A stretch of DNA of 61,061 bases, filler included, from Platydemus manokwari (Eukaryota), in assembly GCA_037951405.1 (NCBI GenBank). It is 5 parts of 5 records of this genome, joined end to end, with 100 filler letters (N's around TTAATTAATTAA, not from the genome) between each part and the next. Parts side by side here need not be neighbours in the genome. Positions count along the whole stretch, not along the records: positions 25,939 to 36,844 come from JBBMOY011071076.1; positions 36,945 to 48,042 come from JBBMOY010909975.1; 3 more parts are not named here. One strand, written 5' to 3'. Each line of letters opens with the position of its first letter. Position 1 is the first letter of the stretch. The position numbers and the translations under genes were made by a program. The notes under the pieces are model-generated. The model searched no databases. It was not told the origin of the DNA and saw only the letters and a program-made list of their open reading frames with translations. This document shows positions 26,841 to 40,069 of the stretch, in pieces.

Positions 26841-29800
26841 CTTGTACATATTAGCCAGAACAGCTTCTGCTAACCAACGAACAGCAGGTTCTTCGTGTTC
26901 ACATAAATAAACTTTGACAAATTCGACTAATACATTGTTGTCTATTTTACTAGTCAATATACGACATAGTTTTGCTTCCTGTTTATTTATCTGAGGATTT
27001 GAAGTAGTTAATTTCTTTTGTGTCTTGTCTTCTATTTTAGCTGAAGTATTCGAATTGGTTGTCATTGAAATGCCAGAAGCAGGATTTGTAGGTGCAGACT
27101 CTTTCTTGGTTTTGGAAGAATCCGATTCAAGTAGAGCTAATTGGAGAAGATATAGCAATTTCATACCAATAGTTTGATGAAGAATAACTGAATGCATCAT
27201 CAAGAAATTTAGTATTTCTACAATTTAGGTTTAATAATCAATTGCGAGTATAATGAAATCGATTTTTCTTATAACCTGGGCATTTCGAGCAATATACTTT
27301 CCAATTTAACGGTCTTTCTTTCGCTTTGTTAATACATGAATCAACAAGATCCAACTATAATTAATAACAAAAGTTTATTTGAAAAAAATATATCCACTCA
27401 CCAATTTCAAAGTAACATCAAACGGTAATTTTGCTCTATCAATACTACTTTGATCAGAAATGTGTTTTTCTAACAATTGTTTAATTTTATTAATGGATCC
27501 ACCAATCAAATGTATATCGCGAACTGTCCGATAATGTTTGGCACCAACCACTGAATTTAGCAGCTAATTTTTGATTTAATAAAAATTGTAAATAATAATT
27601 TATCATACTGTTCTACTAGATTTGGTAATATTTTCATTAATATTAACTTCAATGAATTCACATAAAACTGAATGCCATTTGTTTTCCTTCTGAATACTAT
27701 TACTTAAATCAGCCATAAATCCACGCCAATCACTAGTTCCTTCAACACCGGTTTTTATTTCTATGTATCATTATAATAGTATTTAAAGTAAAATGTATAC
27801 CTTTTATAGAAATTCTGCAAAGTTTCAGAACAGCATAAGGTAATCTAAGAAGTATTTCAGTAATTAATAAATGCAAATCTGATATTGAATCGTTATCAGA
27901 AACTGGTAACCAATCATAAGTTAAGGACATTTCCAAACTCAAATATGGATTAAGAGAATTCCTTAATAATTTTGTAGAACTTTCACTTTCTTTATCGGAA
28001 TTTTTCTGAAAATAAAGTAATTTTTCACATTTAAAAATAAAGGTGAAAATGTTATGTTCTGTTAATGTAATGATAAAAGATGGTGTTTAATAAAAAATAT
28101 TGTCTTATTTTATAATTATTTTGAAAATCTTATAATACATTATTTGAAAAATATCAAATCATGTAATATTATAGGTAAATTAGTATAATTATCAGAACTA
28201 CAATCATTATATATTTTAAAATATATCAAAATATCATATATGTATAACTATTGTTTTTGTCACTTTAATTTTAATTTATTCATTAAAATCTTAGGATTAT
28301 AATTGAATATGTTTGTTTATTAATATTTAATCAAATTATACTCAAAATTAAAACTACCTGATCCGTAGCTTGATTTCTCCATAGCATAAGTAGATGATCT
28401 AGATTTATCAAACAATATGGTACCAATTTCCTTTCTTGAATAAGTTTCAATGTTAAATAAGCAACAGAGTCCTGGCTAAACACTTGATTTAATGAGACGA
28501 TTGGCGCTGTTTTTATATCAGTTGCTGTAGAATTATTGTCATCTTTACTAGATGGAATAAGAGTTTGAACAGTACCAGATAAAACCAAGTTTAGAATCGT
28601 GCGCAATACTATGCAAACCAAATGACAATGTAAACGTTTATCAATTGTATCATATTCCAAAAGGGATATTTGATCATTTTCTTTATTATTATCTAACACT
28701 AGATCTAACATTAGTCCAATAAGTTTTTCTACAGCATTTCTAAAATATAAAGATAAAGTGTAAAGATAACTTGGTAAATGAGAACATTTTTTTTACTTTG
28801 CTTCTTCATCTCGAATATCCATATATCGTATAACATCCAAAATTGATTTACATAGAGCTATTGCTCTAGTGCCATTCAAAGATATTACCAATGATGACCA
28901 TTGTGAATTTATTCTTTTAATGAATTGGATTCCAAACTTTTGAATGCAAATTAATAAATCTTTTTCTGCATGATCGGGTGTTAATTTTGTAGTTTCACTT
29001 GCACTTTTCAGTAATCCGAAAGTTGCTAAATCCTTTTATTAATAATAAGTTATGTTAAACTAAAATTACCAATATCTGATTCAGAGTTGGACTCACTGCA
29101 TTCTCTATCAGGTGTAGACAAATTCTCTACTTGTTTTGAAACCTATTGAATTTATTTATTTACAACTTTTAAAATATTACTTATACCTTTTTAGGAGCTT
29201 TATTAATAATCCAGCTATCAACTGTGTTAGGTCCAGTATTATTCAAAGATTGTTGTTCTTCATCGGTATTGCCAGAACAAGCAGGATCGGTTGCTATTAC
29301 GGCAGAGGCTCCATACAAAACTTGTTCTGATAATAATAATATTAATTTTATATGAACTTTAGATTTCTACCCATGCTAGAACCAACGTCTTGATTAATTG
29401 TTTCGTGAGATGTTCCTCCTTGGTCTTCAAGACTTTTTCTTAGAGCGTAATCGAGCATCTAAAATTGGGTGATAAAATAAGTAACAACATTTATAGTAAA
29501 ATACTCTTTGATCATCAACATTGTCAATCATCTCTTGCATAACTTCTGCCATAGTTGGTGCAGTCTCAGGATCCATGTGTTGGAAGAAATTTATAGCATC
29601 ATTTGCTAATGTGCTTCCACCTAAGGAATTCGACTCGGAATTAGATACAGCTACCATCCATTCATCATCAACTCTGCAAAAATATTCTCGGTCTTCGATT
29701 TCTTCTTCCTCTGGTTCAATATCATTCGAAGGTCCTTCCGGATTTTCTGGTAATAGAATTGATAAAGTTTGTGCACCGTCAGTTCCACTTGAAACAACTT

Positions 29801-32800
29801 CTTCGGAACCCCGAGGCTGTAAAATTTGTTCTTAGAGTAATAAAAATCATACATTAGTAATTGTAACCTCAATTATATCTTCTGTCATATCTGATTTTGA
29901 TGGATCAATTTTATTATCGGATATTGGACCACCATCTTCATTTTTTTTGTCTAGATAATCCCCAACCATTTTCTTGTCACACATTTTCATAAAATAATTT
30001 AATGATCTCCTTGTGTTATGGGAAATCTAATAGATATTTAAATTGCTACGTAACACCTAGGAAAAACTCACCGATAAATTAGGATTAGTTAACATTTTTA
30101 TCAATAAATCAGTTAATTGAAGCTGGACAGAAGAAATAGTAGATTGCGTGAAATCAGAAATTGAAGGCAATTTATCAGTATTAACAAAATTGAAACAAAG
30201 CAAAGCTTTGATAATAAGTGGAATTAATGATGGTAAATAATCGAGTTTTTGACAAAAGACTGGGTTAATAAAATTCGATAATATAACAATCTCCGAATCT
30301 GCTCCTATGTCTGGTCGAACTGAGCTACATATTGAATGATAATCACCAATTAATTCAATGCAATTTGTCATTAATTGGAAAACGTCCATAAAAGAAAGTG
30401 GTGAAAATTTGTTTTCATCAATGTTCATCCAAGATTTATGCAAATTTATGAGATGTGTTAGGCGTATTATGGTTGCTTCAACTATCAGAACGTTAATTGG
30501 ATCAGGTTCTTCATCTTTTAGCTAGAGATTACAATAAGTAATTTTTTAGTGAAAATAAACGAACTTTTTTTATTAATTCACTGCAACTTGAAAATAGTTT
30601 TTGTCCGATATTGCTCATTAAAGATTTTTTTAAACGTGTTTCAATATCTCCATCAATTTCTTTGAGAGGTTCGACACAAGCTATTAAAGTTATGGCATTT
30701 AAATAAATTGTAGATGGATAAAATGCAGACAAAACGTCATTAGCAAATATTCGAATAGCTGAACTAGTTCCCAATTCAAAAGATGAAAAGGTCTACACAG
30801 AATTAATTAATTACATTTTAATTATAAATTACTAACTGGTCTACTCTCGAGATTAAGGGTATTTTTAAAATGAAAAAACGCAGTTAGTAGCTGTAATCCA
30901 GAAGATAACAGTTCCGGTTTCGGCAAATATGGGTTTGTAGCAGATAGATGCATATTATGATTTGAAATGATATTTGTAATGTACTTGTTTATGATTTTCA
31001 TGTTTGATGAACACGAGCTTAAAGATAAATAAAATGGATCAATAATTTTCATTTAACAAAAAAGTAAAGCAATTTCATATTAAATCATAATAAACATATT
31101 TAAACCTCTTAGTTTGATTTTTATTCGTAAAAATATCTTTTGATCTTAAAAAGCCTTGTTTTTCATTAAGCCATGGAAGCGTTGCTTTGGATCGTACAAA
31201 TACTTTAATATAATCAATAACGATTATATCACTCGCATTTTTGCTAGGACCAACTGCATTGAAAATCTTTAGTAAATATTTCAATCGGAAAATTAAATTT
31301 ACTTATAAGAGTTAATGATTTTTCATTTTGCAAAATTTCTGATTTGAAAAGACCGATATCAACAATCCGATTTTTGTTAACATGTTCAGGTGTTGGGATC
31401 TTGCGATTATATATCTGAATGTCATAGTCTATAATTACATCACCGAATAAATATTATATACTTCAAAATATTTTGGTATTTTTGTGGGATCAGTAACATT
31501 TATACCCACTCTTACACCGACAATAATTGAATCTGGTTTCTTATTAGTAATAATCATTGTCACGGGATTCTTACATGCAACAGTAACACTATGATCCTGA
31601 CTGAGCATACGCAAATTAAGTACATCTTGTGAATAAAGTTCTAAAAATCGATCACCTCCAAAAGTGACCTGCAACATAAAAATACCACAAATAAATTATC
31701 AACTAAAATTTTAAGAGACTTCATTTGTAGATTCGCAATGCTCAAAGAAATCAACTGGAACACGACCGAAACTTGGATTATCGAGAAATATTTCATCTTT
31801 ATTTGTACGGCGTTTAGAATAATTTTTAATTAAATTAACAGAATTGGTTTCCAAGGGACATTTGTAAGGTTGATATGTTGGTACGCCTTGTAAGCATTCA
31901 TGGATGAAATTATTTACGAATCTTTCTTGCAACCAAAATCTACCATCAGTGTTTGGTGATCTATAAAATATTTCTCATTTTAAGTATTTATCTAAATTAG
32001 ACAAACAGAATATATAATTGATAAAAATCAATGGTGGTAATTGTTCATATTAAATTAAACAATTAATAAATAAAAATGAAATTTTAGATGTATTATTGAT
32101 ATAAGAAAATCGGCATCAAACATGTAAAAATGATAGAATTATCAATTAATCAAACGATTACACCCTTACTATATAGTCAATCGATATTAAATAAAATCAA
32201 ATTACTTGATATTTGCCATCAGTATTTTAATTCTTCCGTCATTAAAGAGAACCATAGAAAAAGTTCGTTGTAATTTCTTTTTGTCTTCAAAAGTTGTTTT
32301 CCAAGGAAAAGTTATGGCATCGGTGACTTTGCTGAGAGTAGCAACAGAAATATCCGAGGTATCTATAGAAATAAAATATAAATCACCCTAACTAATCGAT
32401 TATGTAAATTTACCATTATCAGTATGATCAGATTTTTCTAAAATTTGATAACAGTATTTATCCGGTTCAACAGTTAAATAAACAGGAGAATTTGTTTGCT
32501 GGCAAATTGCAGTTAGTAAACCAGGATGATCATTTATAGAGAACCAATTCACTAGAGTACAATCATTTTCTGTTTCACTATAACCACTTATTAATGATAT
32601 GCATGTGAGTTGTAGTCAATTTTACTTTTTAATGTCAAGGCAATAATTTTTATCAACATAGATTTCATCTTGCCCAGAATCCAAAACAGAACAAAAAGTT
32701 CGACCGTTATAATATGAGTGAAATAATAATTGCAAATTATGATCATAATGAATTGAGGCTCCACCTTTTCCCAATACCCCTGTTTTGAGATCACGATTCA

Positions 32801-35800
32801 TATTGTATAATTCTGGATTCCAGTCCAACATTTCAGCTAAATAAAATCCGGAACTAGCCATGCAATTTTTGTCAAGTTTCTAATATTAAAGTTACTTAAA
32901 TACATAATGGGGAATTTTTACTTTGCAGTGAATACATCCAGATTCTGACATCACTAGTACATAGCAATCTACTTTAGAAGTATTCACTCCATCAGGTTCA
33001 TTATTTTTCGATGGAATGAAAGCGAATGTAGCGTTTTTGAATCTTGATTCAACTGACTTAAAATGATAAATCGGTTGTGTTGTAGTTTGACTCAAATCAA
33101 AAATCTAGATATTATTTTTATAGTTGAAGTTTTATTTCATTAGCTTTACCTGGACAGATTGAGTAAGAACGAGAACTAAATACGTCAGCGATCCAGGTAA
33201 CCACATTGAATAAATAATAAATTGATTCGAATCTTCAAGAACAGGTTGAACTATCGTTTTACTGCTGACACTTCCCATAGATGTGAAAATGAGTACAGAG
33301 ACTTCCTATTTTGAAACAATAAGAATATTGATGGTTTCCAATTATTGCTTACTTTAAGGCCACATACAGCCATATACTGCTGATTAACAGGATTAGCACA
33401 CATTGATAAAACAGTAAATGGAAGCGTAGTTGTGCAAACCTGTTCGATCATGCCTTGTTTTGATTCCAGTTCAACTAATTGTATTACAAATATTATTAAA
33501 AATGCCATTTTCATTAGTATTCACAATTATTATTAATATAAATTATAAATGGTGAAATTATCTTACTTGATTTATCATCAACTAATCCATTATTCTCATA
33601 TATGGTAGCATCATGAAGTTCCTCCAACAAACTTGATATCTTGTAAATCATGATTCGTGCTTTATCTTGAGCTACAGCAAGAAAATATTGATCCCCAACA
33701 ACACCTTTGTTAGGTGATACAACTGCAAGGACATTTCGTCGTACATATCCAGACTGAAGCATTCCGCGCACATGACTATTTGCACCGGCTATTTCGCTGG
33801 CCAATACACTAGTTGGTGGAATACCAGACATATCCAATGGTGCTTCTGTATTTCTTAATTGAATGCTAGATCCCTATAAAATTAGATTTTAATTATTAAT
33901 ATAAAATACAACTATTTAAAGAAAAAATTCAATATAAAATATTTTAGACAGGTTGAAATCAACAACAAACGTAACAAAAACTGAAAAGATCTTAACCAGA
34001 TCTTACAAGATTAAATCTATGAGATACACTCTTGTTGGATGCAGATGTTTTATGAGAATCAGCCGATACGGCGCTACGCATGTTTGTATTTTGTTGGTTT
34101 GCAATATGAGAATCAGGCTGATTTTGAGTAATTAAAGATGGCTGGATACCTCTTATCGGTAATCGGCGATTTAATCCCTGGCCTCTACCAATTGATGGTT
34201 GATTTCCAGATACTCCTAATTCTGATAATAAATAAGTTTCTACTAAAGACAGGGCGTCATTAGCAGTTAATCCTCCATTAGCGGATGGAGGTGCTGTGAT
34301 TAATTGAGATAAATTTCCATGTTCTAATCTCGGTGTTGAAACTATTGGTTTAGATTTCACGGGGCTGGATAATTTATTCAAAGATGATTGGATTGGGTTA
34401 TTAGTTAACTTAGCTTTACTGATAAGTTCGCTGATTGTCGTACCAGCAAAGCTAGGAACTGGTAGCTAAATGGTTGAACGAATATAAAGTTGACAAATAC
34501 CCAAACTGATCTTGACTTCTTTTGTCAAAAAGTTAAAATAGTTATAAATTACAATTTTACTAATTTTTCTAATAAATGATTATATTCTAATTCACAGTAT
34601 ATTCACAAAAATACAAATTATTTACCATAACAGTTGTAACTCTTTCGGTAACTTTTTCGTTTGTCCTGACTGATTTAAATGCTTCCTTCATTTGTTTATT
34701 TTTTCCAATTGCCCAATCCGAGTATAATATCTTAAATATATCATGAATGGTTTGCAATGCTGAAAAACAGTCATCCAATAAAGTTGAAGTCTCAAGAAGT
34801 ATCGTCAATGTCTCATTTTCTTTCAAAATCTAATAATCAAAAATTATTTTATAATAAACATAAGAATTGAAAACCCGCTCTCGTAAAACATTGGTGATCC
34901 ATATTCTGTAAGCCAATTGTTGTTGTTGGCTGTTATTAGAAAATTCCAGCGTTGTAGATGATGAGTTACTGACTAATTGATCATTTTCAATATTGGCATC
35001 TGCACTCAAACTAGAATCTGCTGAAGCATTAGTTTTGTTGGCTGGAAAGAAATTATAACAATATATGTGATGTATTAAGATATTAATTACAGCGTAAGTT
35101 GAAATCAATGTGATTAAACGGTTTTAGTGATTTACTTAAAGTACCATGCGTACCGCCAATATTCAAGACACCTATCTTTCTGTGAAAAGCATTAAATCTA
35201 CCAATACTGGTACAACTAGAGGTAGATATCCCCTTCTGGATTTTCATCTCAGTCACTAAAAAGATGAAGATATGGAAAACACCACAACAAGTAAGGTATT
35301 TGATAAAAGATAAGTAATGTTAGATTTAAGTTGATAAGATCAAGCTAAGAAAACACTTTGAACTCAGCATAAAATTTCATCTTAAATCAGAAATTTAAAA
35401 CTTCAAAATGAATAATTAAGAAGCGCGTAACACAATAATTTAAAAAAAATTATAAAATAATGTCCATAATAAGTAACTCTGGCAATATATCAACATATAA
35501 CATTTTGTTTGAATTTAGAGTATAAGGTTTGTATATATTTGCGTTTATTTTCTTTATATTAACCTTATTTTTGAATGAAAATACAATTATCATTATTGAA
35601 AGAATAATTTTAAAGATCTATATATACTATATACTTTGAATTCAATTTTGTTCGTAGAATAATATAAATTTAAGATTACTTGGTAAGCGATTTTTTGTAT
35701 CTGTTCTGAATGATTTTCTAGATAATTTCTCATTTGTCGTGTACTTAGAAAATTTGCTCATAGAGCTCAAGAAATTGTATTTCGATTTATCAGAAACTTG

Positions 35801-36461
35801 GTTTTTAGAAATTAACTTTTCCTTTTTAACAACATCTGATTGATTAGATTGAGAAGTAAGAAATTGAGCCTTTTTAGAATTATTTGGTCGACTTATCCTT
35901 CTTATTAGTGCTTCGCAAAACGGAGATCCTTTTGCTCCACAGTCACAAAAAAAGCTACCTCTTTTAGCATAAGTAAGATCATGACCATAATGGCAAACTT
36001 TGGCACAAATGGTGCAAACGCCTTCGTTTTCAACCATAGAGCATGTATGACAATGATACCAATGTTGATCCGTGAATTCTTTCTGTGTAGCTGCAAATGT
36101 GCAAAGTTGATCATCCAATGGATTTAATTTTATCTAAAATTAACGACAAGCATTATCAAATATAAAAAATTTTTATTACAGATTTTTCTTCTTCAGATTC
36201 CGAATTTATGACGCTATCCATTTCACAGCTGCTTTGAATGTATTTCTCTTGACAAAATAATATTTCTTCAATAGCTTTTTTATCAATAAGTAACTGCTTC
36301 AAATTGAATTCGTTAAGGTATAATTCCGTGCTAGATTTAATAGAATCTATCAAATCGAATGAGTTTCTTTTAACATTTTCTGTTTGATAAAGAGTATTCA
36401 GTGCACATATAACAGCACCAATATGATTATATATTATCGTAAGCGACGCACACAATAATTC
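26841..36461 (-). CDS. UBR4: E3 ubiquitin ligase UBR4 (p600/Poe/BIG), partial central region, about 30 exons
   Basis: UBR-box [60 protein letters not shown] (35930-36110). Further UBR4 blocks: [84 protein letters not shown] followed the exons in frame across GT-AG introns, mostly ~40-60 nt. Confidence 0.95.
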
Positions 36462-36844
36462 CTAATGAAATATTCAATGTTAATAAGTATAATATTAGTT
36501 TTAAAATAATGACTAAAATTAGCTTAGTGACTATCTATTAATGAATTTTAAGATAAAAGGCAGTCGTTCGAATTTTAAATTTCACAGGATCAATTTAGTT
36601 TAGAATTCTTTCACATATTAAGATATATTTTGCATTACAATTAATAGATGTAACTCAACCTTTTATTATAAATAATAATTAATTATAGAAACAAATGCCA
36701 GACTTTACATTCATTCAAAGAACTTTTATCGAGGATAGCATAGGAAAAAATAATCAAAATCAATTACTAAAAAATTTATTGAGAATAGGTTTTAAATATG
36801 AAATTAAATGATAAATGTTACGGCTAATGATGCATCAATATTAG

Positions 36845-36944
36845 NNNNNNNNNNNNNNNNNNNNNNNNNNNNNNNNNNNNNNNNNNNNTTAATTAATTAA
36901 NNNNNNNNNNNNNNNNNNNNNNNNNNNNNNNNNNNNNNNNNNNN
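36845..36944. other. Artificial contig spacer
   Basis: 44N-TTAATTAATTAA-44N. Confidence 0.97.
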
Positions 36945-39392
36945 CTAAGTACTATCAAGAAAGATTTCAAATGATCATGTTCTGATATCTTTTGAATATT
37001 GGTACCTGTCTCAAGATATACTGCATATTGAATGATAATTTGTCCATGATGATGAAGTCCATCATCTTCCAATTATTCACAATCTGTCATAACATTCATC
37101 GAATAGATTTTTCAATAACTTAGAGTTTAATAATTCATTTGCATAACCATATTTCATCCTCCAAGAGATAATAATTATCTGTCGCATCTCACATAATATC
37201 TGTCAATGTCTGAAATGTTTGAAAAATTTCTTTTCGAAATATTTTAAAGAATACAACAAAATATTGTTTTTTTGTGTGCATACCTATTTTGGACCAATAC
37301 GGTCATCAGGTAAATTTACACACAGTTTTGTAGAATTTGTATAGGAAAATATAATACCACGTACACAGCAACAATTTTAATTTGACAATGAATGGTTTTT
37401 CCTTTATATTTCTCCATGATTAGTAAAGCCTTTGAAAGAATATTTCGATGAGTTTAACCAATTAAAAGATTTTTTTATTTTTATTAATCTTTTTCGAATA
37501 TTAAAAGAAATTTTTGTAACATTAAATCGATGAGTTGTGGTGATTAATAATAAATTTATTGAATGTTTTCAAAATAAGCTTTTAATCGAAGCCATTAATA
37601 TTTTTAATTCCTATTATATTATGTTTGATTTTACGCTGTTATTTGTCATTCCGACTTTTATCGGTTTTAACATTTCAGTGTCATATATATTCAGAAAAGG
37701 AAAATAAAGATGCAATGATTTCAATCCAGTTAGCAAAGCAACAAAGATTCGAGCGCCATCAAAAATGAAATAGAGAGCTACACGGACTTTCTTGATATAA
37801 CAGAATATATGATGTTGAAGAGAGAATACCAGGAAAGTAAGACATTTAAAACATTCTAAAAAAGGTTTCACCGAAATAATTCAATGATATTTAATCAACA
37901 TTTGGTTGTTGTTAATCGGAATTCGGGAGACCAATCATTGTTGTTTTGAGAATTAATTTAGATTAACTAATAATAATTTTAAATAATGGTTTAAAGATAA
38001 TTATTTTATACAAAATTTTTAATGGAATCTCTCTAGAAAAGAAATTATAATCTGTTTAAAAAATTGTATTAAGTGTTGTAATTAAATAAATATTAAGAAA
38101 ATCGTAATAATGACTTTTTTTGTTGAAACATCAATTGCAAGTGAAGTAGTCGCTACTATGAGTTGTCAAATTGATACAAAGCCTATCGTGTTAAAATCCA
38201 TTAGATTGTAATATGTACTTAATATCAACAAATTTGTATATTTTATCTATGGTTTGCATAAAAAAGAGTAATAATAACACAGTGGCAGGCAATGAATACC
38301 AATGCCTTGATATTTCCAACCATTTCTTTTATTTTCAATTAACAAAGAGTTGTGTTTATTCCTGATCGAATTTTAAAATGTGCAATTTAATAGCTAATTA
38401 CTTATCAAAATATAACATGAAGCCCACAACGGAAGGATATTCATTAATATGGTTTCCAGTCTAATACTTAATTAGATGAAATCCCTAAAATTTTTTCCAA
38501 TTCTCTCCGCTGTTGGTTGAGATTTTCATTTGCAGTGTAGTTAATGCAGTACGTTTAAGGAAATCATATTACCATAATGTTTTCAAATAATTTTGGTACA
38601 CAATATGTCTTTCATTGTAGAAAAATCGATTATGATTAATGTGTACTGTGCATGAAAATAGAGGTTCATTAGTTTTGAAATTAATAATTAATAATGCACG
38701 AGTTGCATTTCGATATAATTAAAAGAAATGAAAGTACTTATTCGGAATTCTGTCTGGTTCTTTAATCTAGTAATGAGGAAATACTTCTCTAATGTTCAAC
38801 GAATCATGATTTGTCATTTCTTGAAGAAACAAACGAACAAAGTTTGTGAAATAGAAATGCTGTTTTCAATTTTTTGATCAACCGATTTTTGGGATGGATT
38901 TGGACTTTTTAATAGTTTTAGCTGAGTCGAGTGTTAAATTTTCAACATTTCATGGTGGTTTTATAAAATCAGCATAAATAAATATCTAAAGATAATAAAG
39001 CAGAACTTGGTCCTGATACATCTATTGGAAATACCAGTTGAATCTTCTTTTGCCTACTGTCCAAATGATTTGAATACAATAAGGCCATTAGTTCTACTCT
39101 AACAAATAATAATTCTAAATCAATACCGGTACTCTGCTGTACAACTAAATTAGTTGAAACTGTTCTACAATTATAATGATATAGGTCATTTTAATTTGTC
39201 CTTGTAGTATGGTTGAATGACAGTTTAAAGAGCTATCTCTTCTCTTGAAACATTAATTTTTATCACTTCGTTGTGCTTCTCGTTCATGTGTGCACATTGC
39301 TTATGAACATTACTATTTATAAAGTCGAACTTTCGTTTTCGACTGTGGTTACATAACATAATTCTTATTAAACTCCTTTTGTTCATGTTAGT

Positions 39393-40069
39393 TGTTAGCC
39401 GCTACTACTTTAAAAACCACACATTAAAAATGCACTAAAAAGTCAAGACACTACAAATCTATTTGAATGCACATATTTCAACAAATAAATTTAATTTTAT
39501 ATAAATATAATTTTATATTAAATTAGAATTAAAATTTTAATTCATGTAAAATTCAATTCATTTAAAATATCTCACGCCCTCGTTTCTTTAAAACTTTGAT
39601 TTTCTTAACTGTTTCTGTATCGAATATTCTACATATTTCATTACACAAGAACTCTAATTCTTCTATCTTTTCATATCTTCCTTTATATCTCCATTATATC
39701 TACATTATATCTTTTTTATATTTTCTTTTATATACCTTTTCTATCTCTTCTACAATTTCTTTATATCTTCCTTATATCGCCTTTATATGTTCTCAATATA
39801 GTCTCAGTATCTTCCTCCTTCTTTACTATAATATTCAGTCGTAGGTCTTTTCAGAATCGAATCCAGATACGGGTTCACCATGTTAGCCGCTACTACTTTA
39901 AAAACCACACATAATAAACGAAATGAAAGTCAAGACACCACAAATCTATTTAAACCAATAAATTTAATTTTATACAAATACGATACTATATTTAATCAGA
40001 ATTCAATTAGAATTAAATTAGAATTAAAATTTTAGTTCATATAAAATTTAATTCATTAAAAATATCCCA
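39393..40069 (-). mobile_element. Miniature non-autonomous LTR retroelement (TRIM-like)
   Basis: Two direct repeats, 39393-39574 and 39881-40069, each TG...CA and starting with an identical TGTTAGCCGCTACTACTTTAAAAACCACACAT. On the minus strand, PBS TGGTGAACCCG abuts the 5' LTR (39880) and the purine tract AAAGAAACGAGGGCG abuts the 3' LTR (39575). Flanks TTAGT/TTAAT form a 5-bp TSD with one mismatch. Confidence 0.85.
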
